A stretch of 63,358 nucleotides of DNA, the filler included, from Thermodesulfobacteriota bacterium (GTDB lineage: Bacteria > DASVDK01), in NCBI GenBank assembly GCA_036381125.1. It is 7 parts of 7 records of this genome, joined end to end, with 100 filler letters (N's around TTAATTAATTAA, not from the genome) between each part and the next. Parts side by side here need not be neighbours in the genome. Positions count along the whole stretch, not along the records: positions 19,992 to 23,603 come from DASVDK010000034.1; positions 23,704 to 53,498 come from DASVDK010000036.1; 5 more parts are not named here. One strand, written 5' to 3'. The notes under the pieces are model-generated. The model saw nothing but the letters and a program-made list of their open reading frames with translations. It did not search any database and had not been told where the DNA came from. The position numbers and the translations under genes were made by a program. Below are positions 21,495 to 30,650 of this stretch, in pieces. The stretch's first letter is position 1; each line of letters begins with the position of its first letter.

Positions 21495-21911
21495 TCACGC
21501 GCGGTGGAGCATCAGGTAGATCGTGACGCCGGTCACCGAGACGTAGAAGCACATCGGCACCGTCCAGCGCGCCAGCCTCGCGTGGCGCTCGAAGCGCGAC
21601 GTGAAGGCGGACCAGAGGGTGGCCGGGATCAGCGGGACGAGCAGCGCCGCGAGGACGGTGTGCGAGGTCAGCACGGCGAAGTAGAGGGTCCGCACCGGGC
21701 CCTCCCCGGTGAAGCGGGTCGAGCCGTGCACCGCGTGGTAGAGGCCGTAGCCGGCGAGGAACAGGATCGAGGCGCCGACCGCGCCGAGCATGCACGCCCG
21801 GTGGCCCGCGACGTCCCGCCTCCGGATGAGGACCCAGCCGACCAGGATCAACGCGGCGCTGACCGCGTTGAGGGCGGCGTTCAGCGTCGGCAGCGCCGAG
21901 AGCGGCATCAC
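21495..21911 (-). CDS. DUF420 membrane protein (oxidase-operon associated)
   Basis: LPTLNAALN, HRACM, YFAVLTSH, YVSVTG. Confidence 0.85.
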   Translation of the reverse strand: MMPLSALPTLNAALNAVSAALILVGWVLIRRRDVAGHRACMLGAVGASILFLAGYGLYHAVHGSTRFTGEGPVRTLYFAVLTSHTVLAALLVPLIPATLWSAFTSRFERHARLARWTVPMCFYVSVTGVTIYLMLHRA

Positions 21912-21945
21912 GGCCGGCTTCCGCGCGGCACCACCGGACCTCGCC

Positions 21946-22224
21946 TCAGTGGTGCGCGGCGAAGTCCGGCAGGAGCGCCAGGATCAGGACCAGCACGATC
22001 GCCACCGGGACGAGGGCGATCGCGTAGATCACGCGGGGCTCCACCCTGAGGTGCATGAAGTAGGCGGCCACGAGCAACGCCTTGACCACCGCCACGGCGA
22101 AGATCGCCGCCACCGCCACTCCCCGCGTCCCGGGCAGGAAGCTCGCCGCGAACCCGGCGGCCATCAGGACGAGCAGCCAGGCCCAGACCGCCACGTAGTT
22201 GGTGCTTCCCGTGTGTGCCGACAT
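21946..22224 (-). CDS. Cytochrome c oxidase subunit IV (prokaryotic)
   Basis: YVAVWAWLLVL, KALLVAAYFMHL; three TM helices. Confidence 0.85.
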   Translation of the reverse strand: MSAHTGSTNYVAVWAWLLVLMAAGFAASFLPGTRGVAVAAIFAVAVVKALLVAAYFMHLRVEPRVIYAIALVPVAIVLVLILALLPDFAAHH

Positions 22225-22236
22225 CGCCGCCTCCCG

Positions 22237-22809
22237 TCAGGCCAGGTAGAGGAGCGGAAAGAGGAAGATCCAGACGACGTCCACGAAGTGCCAGTAGAGC
22301 CCCGCCAGCTCCAGGCGATGCGGGCTCCTGGCACGCCACCCGGTGGTCGCCCAGAGCAGCGCGTTCGCCACGATCCCGCCGAGGACGTGGAGGCCGTGGA
22401 GGCCGGTCATCGTGTAGTAGTAGGACCAGAAGGTCCCGCTCCACGGCACGTACCCGGCGCGGATCTCCCCCGTGTACTCGACCCCCTTCATCCCGAGGAA
22501 GGCGAGCCCGAGGAGGATCGTCAGCCCGAGGTGACGGCGCATGCCGGCCTGGTCGCCCCGCTCGAGCGCCGCGATCGCCAGGGCGACCGTGAGACTGCTC
22601 GTGAGCAGGATGACGGTGTTGGTCATGGCGATGGCCAGGTTCAGGTGCTCGGCGGCCTCGCCCCACTCGGGGCGGCCGAGGCGAAAGGCGACGAAGCTGG
22701 CGAGGAGCCCGCCGAAGATCATGATCTCCGAGGCGAGGAACCACCAGATGCCGACCTTGCCGGGCGTGAGCCCGTGGAACGACTCCTGCTTGACGGTGGC
22801 GACGGTCAC
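22237..22809 (-). CDS. Heme-copper oxidase subunit III
   Basis: GIWWFLASE, NTVILLTSS, TGLHGLHV, LYWHFVDVVWIFLF. Confidence 0.93.
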   Translation of the reverse strand: MTVATVKQESFHGLTPGKVGIWWFLASEIMIFGGLLASFVAFRLGRPEWGEAAEHLNLAIAMTNTVILLTSSLTVALAIAALERGDQAGMRRHLGLTILLGLAFLGMKGVEYTGEIRAGYVPWSGTFWSYYYTMTGLHGLHVLGGIVANALLWATTGWRARSPHRLELAGLYWHFVDVVWIFLFPLLYLA

Positions 22810-22822
22810 GTCCGGCCTCCGC

Positions 22823-23603
22823 TCACGTGCGCGCGTCCGCGGCCCGGCCCTGCGGGAGCCAGTCGCGCGCCTCGCCGGGGACGCTGTACTCGTACGGCCC
22901 GCGCTGCACCACCGGCAGCGCCGGACCCCAGTTGAGGTGCGGCGGCGGGGAGGCGAGCGTCCATTCGAGCGTCGCCGCCTCCCACGGGTTCGCCGGCGCC
23001 GGCTTGCCGACGAGGAGACTCCGCACGACGTTGATCACGAAGGGGACCTGAGCCGCCAGGAGGAGGAGCGACGAGACGGTGGCCAGCTCGTTGATCCACT
23101 GGTGCGGCTCGAGCATCGGGAAGAACCGCGGATCGGAGGTCCGGCGCGGCATGCCGGCGAGCCCGATGTTGTGCAGCAGGAAGAAGGTCAGGTTGAAGAA
23201 GACGGCCGTGAGCCAGAAGTGCATCCGGCCGAGGCGCTCCGAGAGCATCCGGCCGAACATCTTCGGGAACCAGTAGTAGAAGCCGGCGAACGCGCCGAAC
23301 ACCACGGAGCTGAAGAGCGTGTAGTGGAAGTGCGCCACGACGAAGTACGTGCCGCGCAGGTAGATGTCGACCGGCGCCGAGCCGTTGAAGATCCCGGTGA
23401 GCCCGCCGAAGATGAACATCGCGATGAAGCCGAGGGCGAAGAGCATCGGCGTCTCGAAGCTGATCGAGCCGCGCCAGAGCGTCGCGATCATGGCGAAGAC
23501 GATCCAGGCGACCGGGACCGAGATCAGGATCGTGGTCACGCTGAAGGGCATCGCCAGGTTCGGGTCCATGCCGCTCACGAACATGTGGTGCGCCCAGACG
23601 AGC
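22823..23603 (-). CDS. Heme-copper oxidase subunit I (A-type-like), C-terminal part
   Basis: VWAHHMF (CuB), VVAHFHY (heme ligands), YYWFPKMFGR, GMPRR, NPW...TLEW...SPPP. Confidence 0.93.
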
Positions 23604-23862
23604 NNNNNNNNNNNNNNNNNNNNNNNNNNNNNNNNNNNNNNNNNNNNTTAATTAATTAANNNNNNNNNNNNNNNNNNNNNNNNNNNNNNNNNNNNNNNNN
23701 NNNGCGTGGCGCGGAGGCCGCGTGGACAGGCTCCGTACGGCCGGCCATCGCCCGCCGGGCGCGACTTCGAGGCTCGAGGGCCGCGTCGAGGTGGTCGGAG
23801 ACTCGCGCGTCGCACGGGGGCGCACCGGGAGCCTGCCGAAACCCCCGTGATAGAAACGAAGC

Positions 23863-25122
23863 ATGACGTCTACGCGTGTGCGTTCGTCTCTGACGGAACT
23901 CTCCGATGCCGACCTCCTCGCCCGGGTCGCCCGGCTCGCCGCGCAGGAGCGCGAGGCGACGGTCGCGCTGATTGCGCACCTCGCCGAGCTCGACGCCCGG
24001 CGCCTCTACCTGGCCGAGGGGTACCCGTCGCTCTTCACCTACTGCACCCAGGTCCTCCACCTCTCCGAGCACGCCGCCTACGGGCGGATCGAGGCGGCGC
24101 GCGCGGCGCGGCGGTTCCCGGTCCTGCTCGACCACCTTGCCGACGGCTCGATCACGCTCACGACCGTGACGCTCCTCGCGCCGCACCTCACGGTGGAGAA
24201 TCATCGGGACCTGCTCGAACAGGCCCGGCACAGGAGCCGGCGGGAGGTCGAGGCGCTGGTGGCGGCGCTCCGCCCCCAGCCGCCCGTGCCGGCCTCGGTG
24301 CGCCGGCTGCCGGCGCCGCGGACGGCGCCGGCCGCGCGCCCGTCACTGGCCGAGGCGGCGCGTGCCAGCGCACCCGGACCGGCCCCGGTCCTCTCCGCGG
24401 CGCCGCCGCCTCCGGCCGAGGCGCCGCCGGTCAGCCCGCCCGCCCCGTACCCGGAGCTCTCGACGGCCGCGTCGGCGCCGGCGTCGACGTCACCCGTGCC
24501 GGCCGTCGCCCCAACCCCGCCGGCGCCGGCCCCCGCTCCGACGCCCCCTCCACGGCCGCCGGTCGTGGCGCCGCTGGCGCCCGAACGCTACCGGGTCCAG
24601 TTCACCGCGAGCGCCGAGACGTACGCGAAGCTGCGGCAGGCGCAGGACCTCCTGCGCCACCAGATCCCCGACGGCGACGTGGGCCAGGTCCTCGACCGCG
24701 CCCTCACGGTGCTCGTCGATGCGCTCCTGAAGCAGAAGGTCGCCGTCACCAACCGGCCACGCCCGGGCCGGGGGCCCACGCCGGGCTCGCGGCACATCCC
24801 GGCGGCGGTGAGGCGAGCGGTGTGGGCGCGCGACGGCGGGCGGTGCGCCTTCGTGAGCCGGCAGGGGCGGCGGTGCGCCGAGCGGGGCTTTCTCGAGTTC
24901 CACCACGTGCGGCCGTACGCCGACGGCGGCCCGGCGACGGTGGAGAACATCGAGCTGCGCTGCCGGGCGCACAACGGGTACGAGGCGGAGCGGGTCTTCG
25001 GCCCCCGAGGCTCGTCGCTCGTGCGGGAGCCCGTGGCCGTCTACGCCACGGCGTACCGGGCCCCGAGGCCCGTGCGAACTCGGTTCGAACCGAGTTGGAC
25101 CTCGGCCGGGCAGCCGCCGTAG
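23863..25122 (+). CDS. DUF222-like / HNH endonuclease with Pro-Ala linker
   Basis: N-terminal LIAHLAELDARRLY..GYPSLFTYC; C-terminal RHIPAAVRRAVWARDGGRC..C..EFHHV.P...GG....NIELRCRAHN. Confidence 0.85.
   Translation: MTSTRVRSSLTELSDADLLARVARLAAQEREATVALIAHLAELDARRLYLAEGYPSLFTYCTQVLHLSEHAAYGRIEAARAARRFPVLLDHLADGSITLTTVTLLAPHLTVENHRDLLEQARHRSRREVEALVAALRPQPPVPASVRRLPAPRTAPAARPSLAEAARASAPGPAPVLSAAPPPPAEAPPVSPPAPYPELSTAASAPASTSPVPAVAPTPPAPAPAPTPPPRPPVVAPLAPERYRVQFTASAETYAKLRQAQDLLRHQIPDGDVGQVLDRALTVLVDALLKQKVAVTNRPRPGRGPTPGSRHIPAAVRRAVWARDGGRCAFVSRQGRRCAERGFLEFHHVRPYADGGPATVENIELRCRAHNGYEAERVFGPRGSSLVREPVAVYATAYRAPRPVRTRFEPSWTSAGQPP
25077..25096. repeat. Perfect 20-bp palindrome AACTCGGTTCGAACCGAGTT
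   Basis: Read directly; lies in the 3' end of the HNH gene. Confidence 0.9.
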
Positions 25123-25359
25123 ACCGCAGCCTGCCAACCGTTGGCGCGCGTCCGCTCAGCGGCCCGCCATCCGGGAAGTGGCTCCCCATGGCCGACCCTG
25201 GAGCCGCCGACCGGCTGGCGGCAGCGACAACTGCTCCGGCCGCCCCAGCGGACGGCAGCAGGGTCGTAGCACTGAGGCTCTGGACGCATCCAAGAGGCCC
25301 TGCGGGGGCGCGTCCGGCCACGCGAGTGCCCGTTTCCACGTCGGTGCTCGCGGCTGCCG

Positions 25360-26118
25360 CTACCCCCGTCCCACAAATGGCATCTTCGTCGCCATCACGG
25401 TCATGAACTGCACGTTCGCGTCGAGCGGGAGGCTCGCCATGTAGAGGACCGCGCGGGCGACGTGGCCCACGTCCATGGTCGGCTCGACCGCCAGCTCGCC
25501 GTTGGCCTGCGGCACCCCGCTGGCCATCCGCGCCGTCATCTCGGTCGCCGCGTTGCCGATGTCGATCTGGCCGCTGGCGATGTCGTACTTGCGCCCGTCG
25601 AGCGAGGTGGACTTGGTGAGGCCGGTGATGGCGTGCTTGGTGGCGGTGTAGGGCGCGGAGTTGGGGCGGGGCGCATGCGCGGAGATGGAGCCGTTGTTGA
25701 TGATGCGGCCGCCGCGCGGGACCTGGCTCTTCATGATGCGGAACGCCTCCTGCGTGCAGAGGAAGGCGCCGGTCAGGTTGGTGTCGACGACCGCCTTCCA
25801 CTGCTCGACGGTGAGGTCCTCGAGCGGGACCGGCGGCGCGCCGATGCCGGCGTTGTTGAAGAGCAGGTCGAGCCGGCCGAAGGCCTCGCGGGTCCGGTCG
25901 AAGAGCGCGCGGACCGATGCCGGATCGCTCACGTCCGTCGGCACGACCAGGGCGCGGGCGCCGGCCGGTCCGGCGTCCCGCACGGCCTGCTGGAGCGGCT
26001 CCACGCGGCGCCCGGCGAGCACGACCCGGTACCCGGCGTCGAGCAGGGCGAGCGCCACGGCCTTGCCGATGCCGGTCCCGGCGCCGGTCACGACGGCGAT
26101 CCTGTCGGCTGGGCTCAT
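25360..26118 (-). CDS. Short-chain dehydrogenase/reductase
   Basis: [22 protein letters not shown]. Confidence 0.93.
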   Translation of the reverse strand: MSPADRIAVVTGAGTGIGKAVALALLDAGYRVVLAGRRVEPLQQAVRDAGPAGARALVVPTDVSDPASVRALFDRTREAFGRLDLLFNNAGIGAPPVPLEDLTVEQWKAVVDTNLTGAFLCTQEAFRIMKSQVPRGGRIINNGSISAHAPRPNSAPYTATKHAITGLTKSTSLDGRKYDIASGQIDIGNAATEMTARMASGVPQANGELAVEPTMDVGHVARAVLYMASLPLDANVQFMTVMATKMPFVGRG

Positions 26119-26127
26119 GCCCCGATC

Positions 26128-26613
26128 TTACACGAGGGCCGCGGCATCGGGCCAGCGCGCGCAGAGGCGCGCCCGGCTCTCGGGGTCGTCCGCGAGGAGG
26201 GCGAAGTCGGCGAACTCGAAGCCGGGCCCGACGGTGCAGCCGGCAAGCGCGTAGTCGCCGAGCGGCCGGGCCGCCTGCCAGACGCCGGCCGGCACGACCT
26301 GGACGGGCGCCTCGCCCGGCGACGCGCGCCCGAGACGGACGCGCGTGAGCGCGCTGCCGTCGGGCGCCGCGAGCCAGAGTTCCAGGCCGTCGCCCTCGTA
26401 GAGGTGCCAGACCTCGTCCGACGCGACGCGATGCCAGCGGCTCCGCTCGCCTGCGCGCAGCAGGTAGTAGATGGTCGTGAGGGCCGACCGCGCACCGCGG
26501 CCGTCCCCGTGCTCGACCAGGCCGGCCGAGCGGAAGACCTCCCGGTAGTGCCCGCCCTCGGGATGCGGCACGAGGCGGAGCGCCTCGATCAGCTCGGCTG
26601 CCCGATCCGGCAC
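26128..26613 (-). CDS. Cupin_5 (DUF985) protein
   Basis: PHPEGGHYRE, TTIYYLL, WHRV.SDEVWH, GCTVGPGFEF. Confidence 0.9.
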   Translation of the reverse strand: MPDRAAELIEALRLVPHPEGGHYREVFRSAGLVEHGDGRGARSALTTIYYLLRAGERSRWHRVASDEVWHLYEGDGLELWLAAPDGSALTRVRLGRASPGEAPVQVVPAGVWQAARPLGDYALAGCTVGPGFEFADFALLADDPESRARLCARWPDAAALV

Positions 26614-26693
26614 GGTCCCCCTCCCCTCCGGACGCCAGGGACGTCAGCGTAGTCGAGGCGCGCGGGCCGGGCAACGGGACCGGGAGGCCGGCG

Positions 26694-28139
26694 TCAGCGC
26701 ATCGACGCGGCCATCACCGGCTCGGCCCTGGGCGGCCCGAAGGCGCCGGTCGCGATCAGCGCCTCGAGGAGCCCCTCCGCCTCCTCGTAGCCGTCCGCCT
26801 CGACGTTCCAGAAGACGAGGTGCGCGTCGCGGCCCGCCCGGTCGAGGACGAAGTAGCGGAGCGAGATCGCCTCGACGCCGTCCCCGGTGGTGAAGCGGGT
26901 GTGGGCCCGGAGCGCGTCGAGCTGGCCGAGCCGCACCGGCTCGGGCGGCGGCTGCCCCTCGGCGCGGCGCTCGGCGTCGAGGTTCCGCGCGAAGGTCTCG
27001 AAGCTGGCCCCGCGCGCCAGCGGCTCGGCGAGGACGCTGACGGCCCAGTCCTCCTCGCTCACCCACTCCGACCGCGCGAGCGGCTCGTCCGCGAAGCGGT
27101 GCCAGGTCGCCCGCTCGAACCGCCCCTGCCACCCGTCGTGGGCGAACACGAGGTCGTGGTCGATCGGGTTCGTCGCGAGGCCCTGCACGGCCGGCAGGGC
27201 GAGGACGGCCGCGAGCGAGGCCACCGCGCCCGCGATGCCGAAGCGGCGCCAGGAGGTCGCGGCGGCCTCGCCGACCGGCTTGGTCCGGTGGACCAGGACG
27301 CGCGCGAGGTGGACGCTCTCGCTCTTGGTCAGCACGAAGAAGACGACGCCGAGCCCGAGCGCCGAGAGCATCTCGGCCGGCGTCGACGCCTCGGCCACGG
27401 CGTTGACGACGAGGCCGAAGAGGAAGAGTTCGCCCAGGAGGTCGAGCGTGCCGAGCACCGGGTGGCCGGCGTAGTAGAGGCCGGCCCCCGGGAAGGCGAG
27501 CGAGAGCCAGGTCGCCGTCGCCCTGGACCTGAACGCGGTCCCGCAGCCGTCGCAGCCGCGCGCCTTCGCGTCGATCGGCGCGCGGCACTCGGGGCAGTGC
27601 CAGGTCGGCCAGGCCGTGGGCGAAAGGGCCGGCACGCCGAGGAGCCGCTCGGCGATGCGCGGCGCGAGGAGCGCCAGGACCTTCCGGTCGCCCCGGACCG
27701 GCAGCTTCCAGCGGTGCGTCCGGCCGGCGTGAGACTTGACGACGAGGCCGCGCCAACCGACGCTGACCGACTTCGCCTCGCCCCACGCGAAGCTGCGCGT
27801 CCGCGTGGAGAGCCGCTTGCCGTTGTGGTCGAGCATCAGCTCGAGGATCCGCCGATCGGTGAGGACGAGCGCGACGGTGTGGTAGGCGTAGACGAGGTAC
27901 CCGAAGCCGAGCTGGTCGATGACGGGCGGGATCTGGTGGGCGCGCGCCAGGTAGAGGACCTGCTCGCCCGGCTCGAGCAGCGCGTCGACGCGCCGGGCGA
28001 CCACGTCGCGCAGCGCCGCCGTGCGGGCCATCTGGCGCCTCGAGAGGTAGCGGCGCGCGCCGGGGAACAGCTCGTCCGGGCCGGCGGGGATCGCGTCCTC
28101 GGCCGCGAGCGGCCCGAGGCGATGTGGATCGATCTGCAT
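26694..28139 (-). CDS. Hypothetical membrane protein (PH-like N-terminus, Zn-ribbon, TM helices)
   Basis: RBS GGAGGG; LVLTDRRIL, CPEC..CDGC, SLAFPGAGLYYAG, several TM segments. Confidence 0.7.
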   Translation of the reverse strand: MQIDPHRLGPLAAEDAIPAGPDELFPGARRYLSRRQMARTAALRDVVARRVDALLEPGEQVLYLARAHQIPPVIDQLGFGYLVYAYHTVALVLTDRRILELMLDHNGKRLSTRTRSFAWGEAKSVSVGWRGLVVKSHAGRTHRWKLPVRGDRKVLALLAPRIAERLLGVPALSPTAWPTWHCPECRAPIDAKARGCDGCGTAFRSRATATWLSLAFPGAGLYYAGHPVLGTLDLLGELFLFGLVVNAVAEASTPAEMLSALGLGVVFFVLTKSESVHLARVLVHRTKPVGEAAATSWRRFGIAGAVASLAAVLALPAVQGLATNPIDHDLVFAHDGWQGRFERATWHRFADEPLARSEWVSEEDWAVSVLAEPLARGASFETFARNLDAERRAEGQPPPEPVRLGQLDALRAHTRFTTGDGVEAISLRYFVLDRAGRDAHLVFWNVEADGYEEAEGLLEALIATGAFGPPRAEPVMAASMR

Positions 28140-28161
28140 GGGCCCCTCCCTCACGCCGCCG

Positions 28162-28476
28162 CTAGCGGCCGGCGTGGACGACGACCGCGGCCGCCTCCCG
28201 CACGTACGGGATGCCGGCGGCGGCAAGCAGCGACTCGACCTCGGCGGAGCGGTCGCGTACCCGCCCCTCGCGCCGGTCGACGACGAAGAGCGGTACGCGC
28301 ACCCACTCGACCGACTCGAGGGGGGCCGTCTCGTCGCCGACGGCCAGGTCGCCCCCCCGGACGACGACGCGGACCCGCGGGGCGAGCGGCCGCGCCTCGG
28401 CACGCAGCTTGACCTCGGGCGCGAGACCGAGCCGCCGGGTGAAGGCGAAGAGCTCCCGCCAGCGCGACTCGCTCAC
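28162..28476 (-). CDS. Small hypothetical protein (104 aa)
   Basis: GTG with GAGGG RBS; MSESRWRELF...VEWV...GIPY; fills the gap between two same-strand genes. Confidence 0.6.
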   Translation of the reverse strand: MSESRWRELFAFTRRLGLAPEVKLRAEARPLAPRVRVVVRGGDLAVGDETAPLESVEWVRVPLFVVDRREGRVRDRSAEVESLLAAAGIPYVREAAAVVVHAGR

Positions 28477-28487
28477 CGCGCGTCCCC

Positions 28488-30344
28488 TCACGCCACCGCG
28501 GCGTGGACGGCACCGCCGGCGGCGACGAGGCCGGCCTCCACGCGCTCGTCGAACTCCTTCTCCAGCTCCTCGACGTGGAAGCGGTCGAGACCCGAGTTCT
28601 GGATGAAGTCCTCCCGGAGCCGGGCGTCGCCCGTCCTGCGGATCTCGGGGAGGAGGCTGTTCACGTAGAACGCCTCCTTCTGGATGTTGAGCACCACCTG
28701 CCGGAAGAGCCCCTCCGGGATCTCGCAGGCGATGAGCCCCTTCGACGACAGCTCCTCGGAGAGGATCCGGCGGAGCGCGTCCTGCTCGACCTTGTTGGTC
28801 AGCTCCGAGTAGAAGGTCTTGATGCGGTCCTTGAGGTGGGTGTGGACGAGCCGGTAGAGGGCCGCCTCGTCCTGGATGGCGAGGAGGTCGGCGGCGATGT
28901 CGCGCACCGAGGCGTTGCCGTCCTCGATGGCGACGAGCCCCGCGGCGATCGTCTCCACCTTGCGCCGGCCGAACGCCGTGAGGTAGGTGTTGCGGCGGAC
29001 CGGCTCGATGAACAGCTCCTCGAAGAGCCCCTTCTTGACCTCGTCGAAGACCTTCTTGTTGTGCAGGAGGCTGCGGAGCTTCTCCTCGGGGTGGTCCCAC
29101 GCCTCCATGAAGGCGAGCTGGTTGACGGTGGAGGCGGTCGTGTCGTAGCGGTCGAAGTAGGTGATGATCGAGGAGAAGTTCTCGAGGATCACCGAGGCGT
29201 CGGCCTGGACCGCGTGCTCGTCGCACACCCGGCCGATCTCGAGGAGGATCGCCTCGAACGCGAGGTCGCGGTGCGCCACGCTCTTGGCCTTCGCCCGCAG
29301 GAGCTTGACCAGGTCCTCCTTGGTGATCGCGTCGAGCAGCTCGGGCTGCGCGAGGAAGAGCCCCTCGAAGATCGCGCGGGTCTCCCGGATGTACTCCGGC
29401 TCGTCGGTCTCGACGAGCTTCTTGTCCTTGAGGAGCCGCTCGTCGAGGGTGTCGAAGAGGGTCGTCGGGATGTTGTTCCGGACCGACAGCGTCCGAAGCC
29501 GCGTCAGGCGCGCGATCTCCGAGAGGTTGATCTCGTTGTTGCGCCCGGCGGCGATCAGGATCTCCTTGTACTCGTCGATGATCCGCTTGTTGTCCGGGTG
29601 CTTGTGCATGACGTCGATCTTCACGCGCTCCTGGGCGTACTGCCCGATCCCGAAGCGCGCGGCGAGCGCGGCGAGCTGCTCGCGGTCGGCGTCGCTGATC
29701 GACTTCTCGGCCTCGTAGGCGCGGCGGAAGGCCTCGTAGTACTCCTCGTGCTGGCGGTTCACGAGCCTGAAGAGGAAGAGGGCCGAGCCGGGCTCGCGCA
29801 GCGCCTCGAGGAGTTCCTTCACGAGGAGGTCGTCGTCGGCGCGGCCGGTGCTCACGTGGGCCACGTTCCGGGAGCGCTTGAGCGTCTTGCCGAGCCGGCG
29901 GACCAGGTCCTCCTGCCGTGCGCGCACGCTCCCCTTGTGGTCGGACTGGACGAAGAAGTAGTAGTTCGTGACGGCGTGGCCGTCGAGGAAGATCCGCTCG
30001 TAGCGGTCGAAGCCGTCGGTGTTGTCGGTGAACTTGACCGAGCCGTCGGCCTCGATGGCGCCGTACATGACGAGCCGGTTGACGACGTCGGGCTTGACGA
30101 GGTCCTCGATCGGCTGGTCGACGCCGAACATGTACTCGCAGAAGCTCCCGCCGACGCCGCGGTGCACGATGCCCCTGGGCGTGAGCCGGAACTCGTTGCC
30201 GGCCGAGAAGAAGCGATCGACCGGCTCGCCGTCCTCCTCGGTCGACTCGTAGTAGTAGCGCTGGTTGATCTTCGCGCCGGCGATGGTGGCGAAGAACTCG
30301 ACGGTCGGCGAGACCTTTCCGTGGAGCCGGATGCTCTCGATCAT
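28488..30344 (-). CDS. Conserved hypothetical protein, resembles TIGR04442 family
   Basis: MIESIRLHG...RFFSAGNEF...GGSFCEYMFGVDQP..DL....V.NRLVMYG; C-terminal REDFIQNSGLDRF.VEELE. Family recognised from memory, not by search. Confidence 0.75.
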   Translation of the reverse strand: MIESIRLHGKVSPTVEFFATIAGAKINQRYYYESTEEDGEPVDRFFSAGNEFRLTPRGIVHRGVGGSFCEYMFGVDQPIEDLVKPDVVNRLVMYGAIEADGSVKFTDNTDGFDRYERIFLDGHAVTNYYFFVQSDHKGSVRARQEDLVRRLGKTLKRSRNVAHVSTGRADDDLLVKELLEALREPGSALFLFRLVNRQHEEYYEAFRRAYEAEKSISDADREQLAALAARFGIGQYAQERVKIDVMHKHPDNKRIIDEYKEILIAAGRNNEINLSEIARLTRLRTLSVRNNIPTTLFDTLDERLLKDKKLVETDEPEYIRETRAIFEGLFLAQPELLDAITKEDLVKLLRAKAKSVAHRDLAFEAILLEIGRVCDEHAVQADASVILENFSSIITYFDRYDTTASTVNQLAFMEAWDHPEEKLRSLLHNKKVFDEVKKGLFEELFIEPVRRNTYLTAFGRRKVETIAAGLVAIEDGNASVRDIAADLLAIQDEAALYRLVHTHLKDRIKTFYSELTNKVEQDALRRILSEELSSKGLIACEIPEGLFRQVVLNIQKEAFYVNSLLPEIRRTGDARLREDFIQNSGLDRFHVEELEKEFDERVEAGLVAAGGAVHAAVA

Positions 30345-30392
30345 CGCTCGGCGATGTCTCCCCTTCCGGACAGGACGCGTCACGCGGGGGCG

Positions 30393-30408
30393 TGCAGGAT
30401 CCGTGCCC
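30393..30408 (-). promoter_or_regulatory. Sigma-54 (-24/-12) promoter candidate
   Basis: Minus strand GGGCAC-GGATC-CTGCA (GG-N10-GC) about 50 nt upstream of ATG 30344. Confidence 0.6.
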
Positions 30409-30497
30409 CCAGCGCTCACCCGGATTCGAAGGCAACCCCGCGGCGCTGCGGCACAATCCGGCGCCGGACCCGCGTCCCGCCGGCACTCCGGGCGGCG

Positions 30498-30518
30498 CGG
30501 TGACGATCTTCGTCACCG
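30498..30518. promoter_or_regulatory. Inverted repeat CGGTGACGA-TCT-TCGTCACCG, candidate enhancer (UAS) or terminator stem
   Basis: Perfect 9-bp arms ~90-110 bp upstream of the sigma-54 motif and downstream of ggt. Confidence 0.45.
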
Positions 30519-30650
30519 GGGTGACCGAATGCGCGCGCGCCTCGGCGAGGCGGTAGATCGCGTCGCGCAGCCAGCAACGGGCCGGGTCGCGATCGGAGAA
30601 GGGCTGTCGTCGGGGGACGAGCTGGAGGCCGTGATGGACGTCGCTGGCCG

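Noticed and set aside
24290-24570. Pro/Ala-rich low-complexity stretch as a DNA repeat element
   Set aside because: No regular period; it is a coding linker within the HNH protein.
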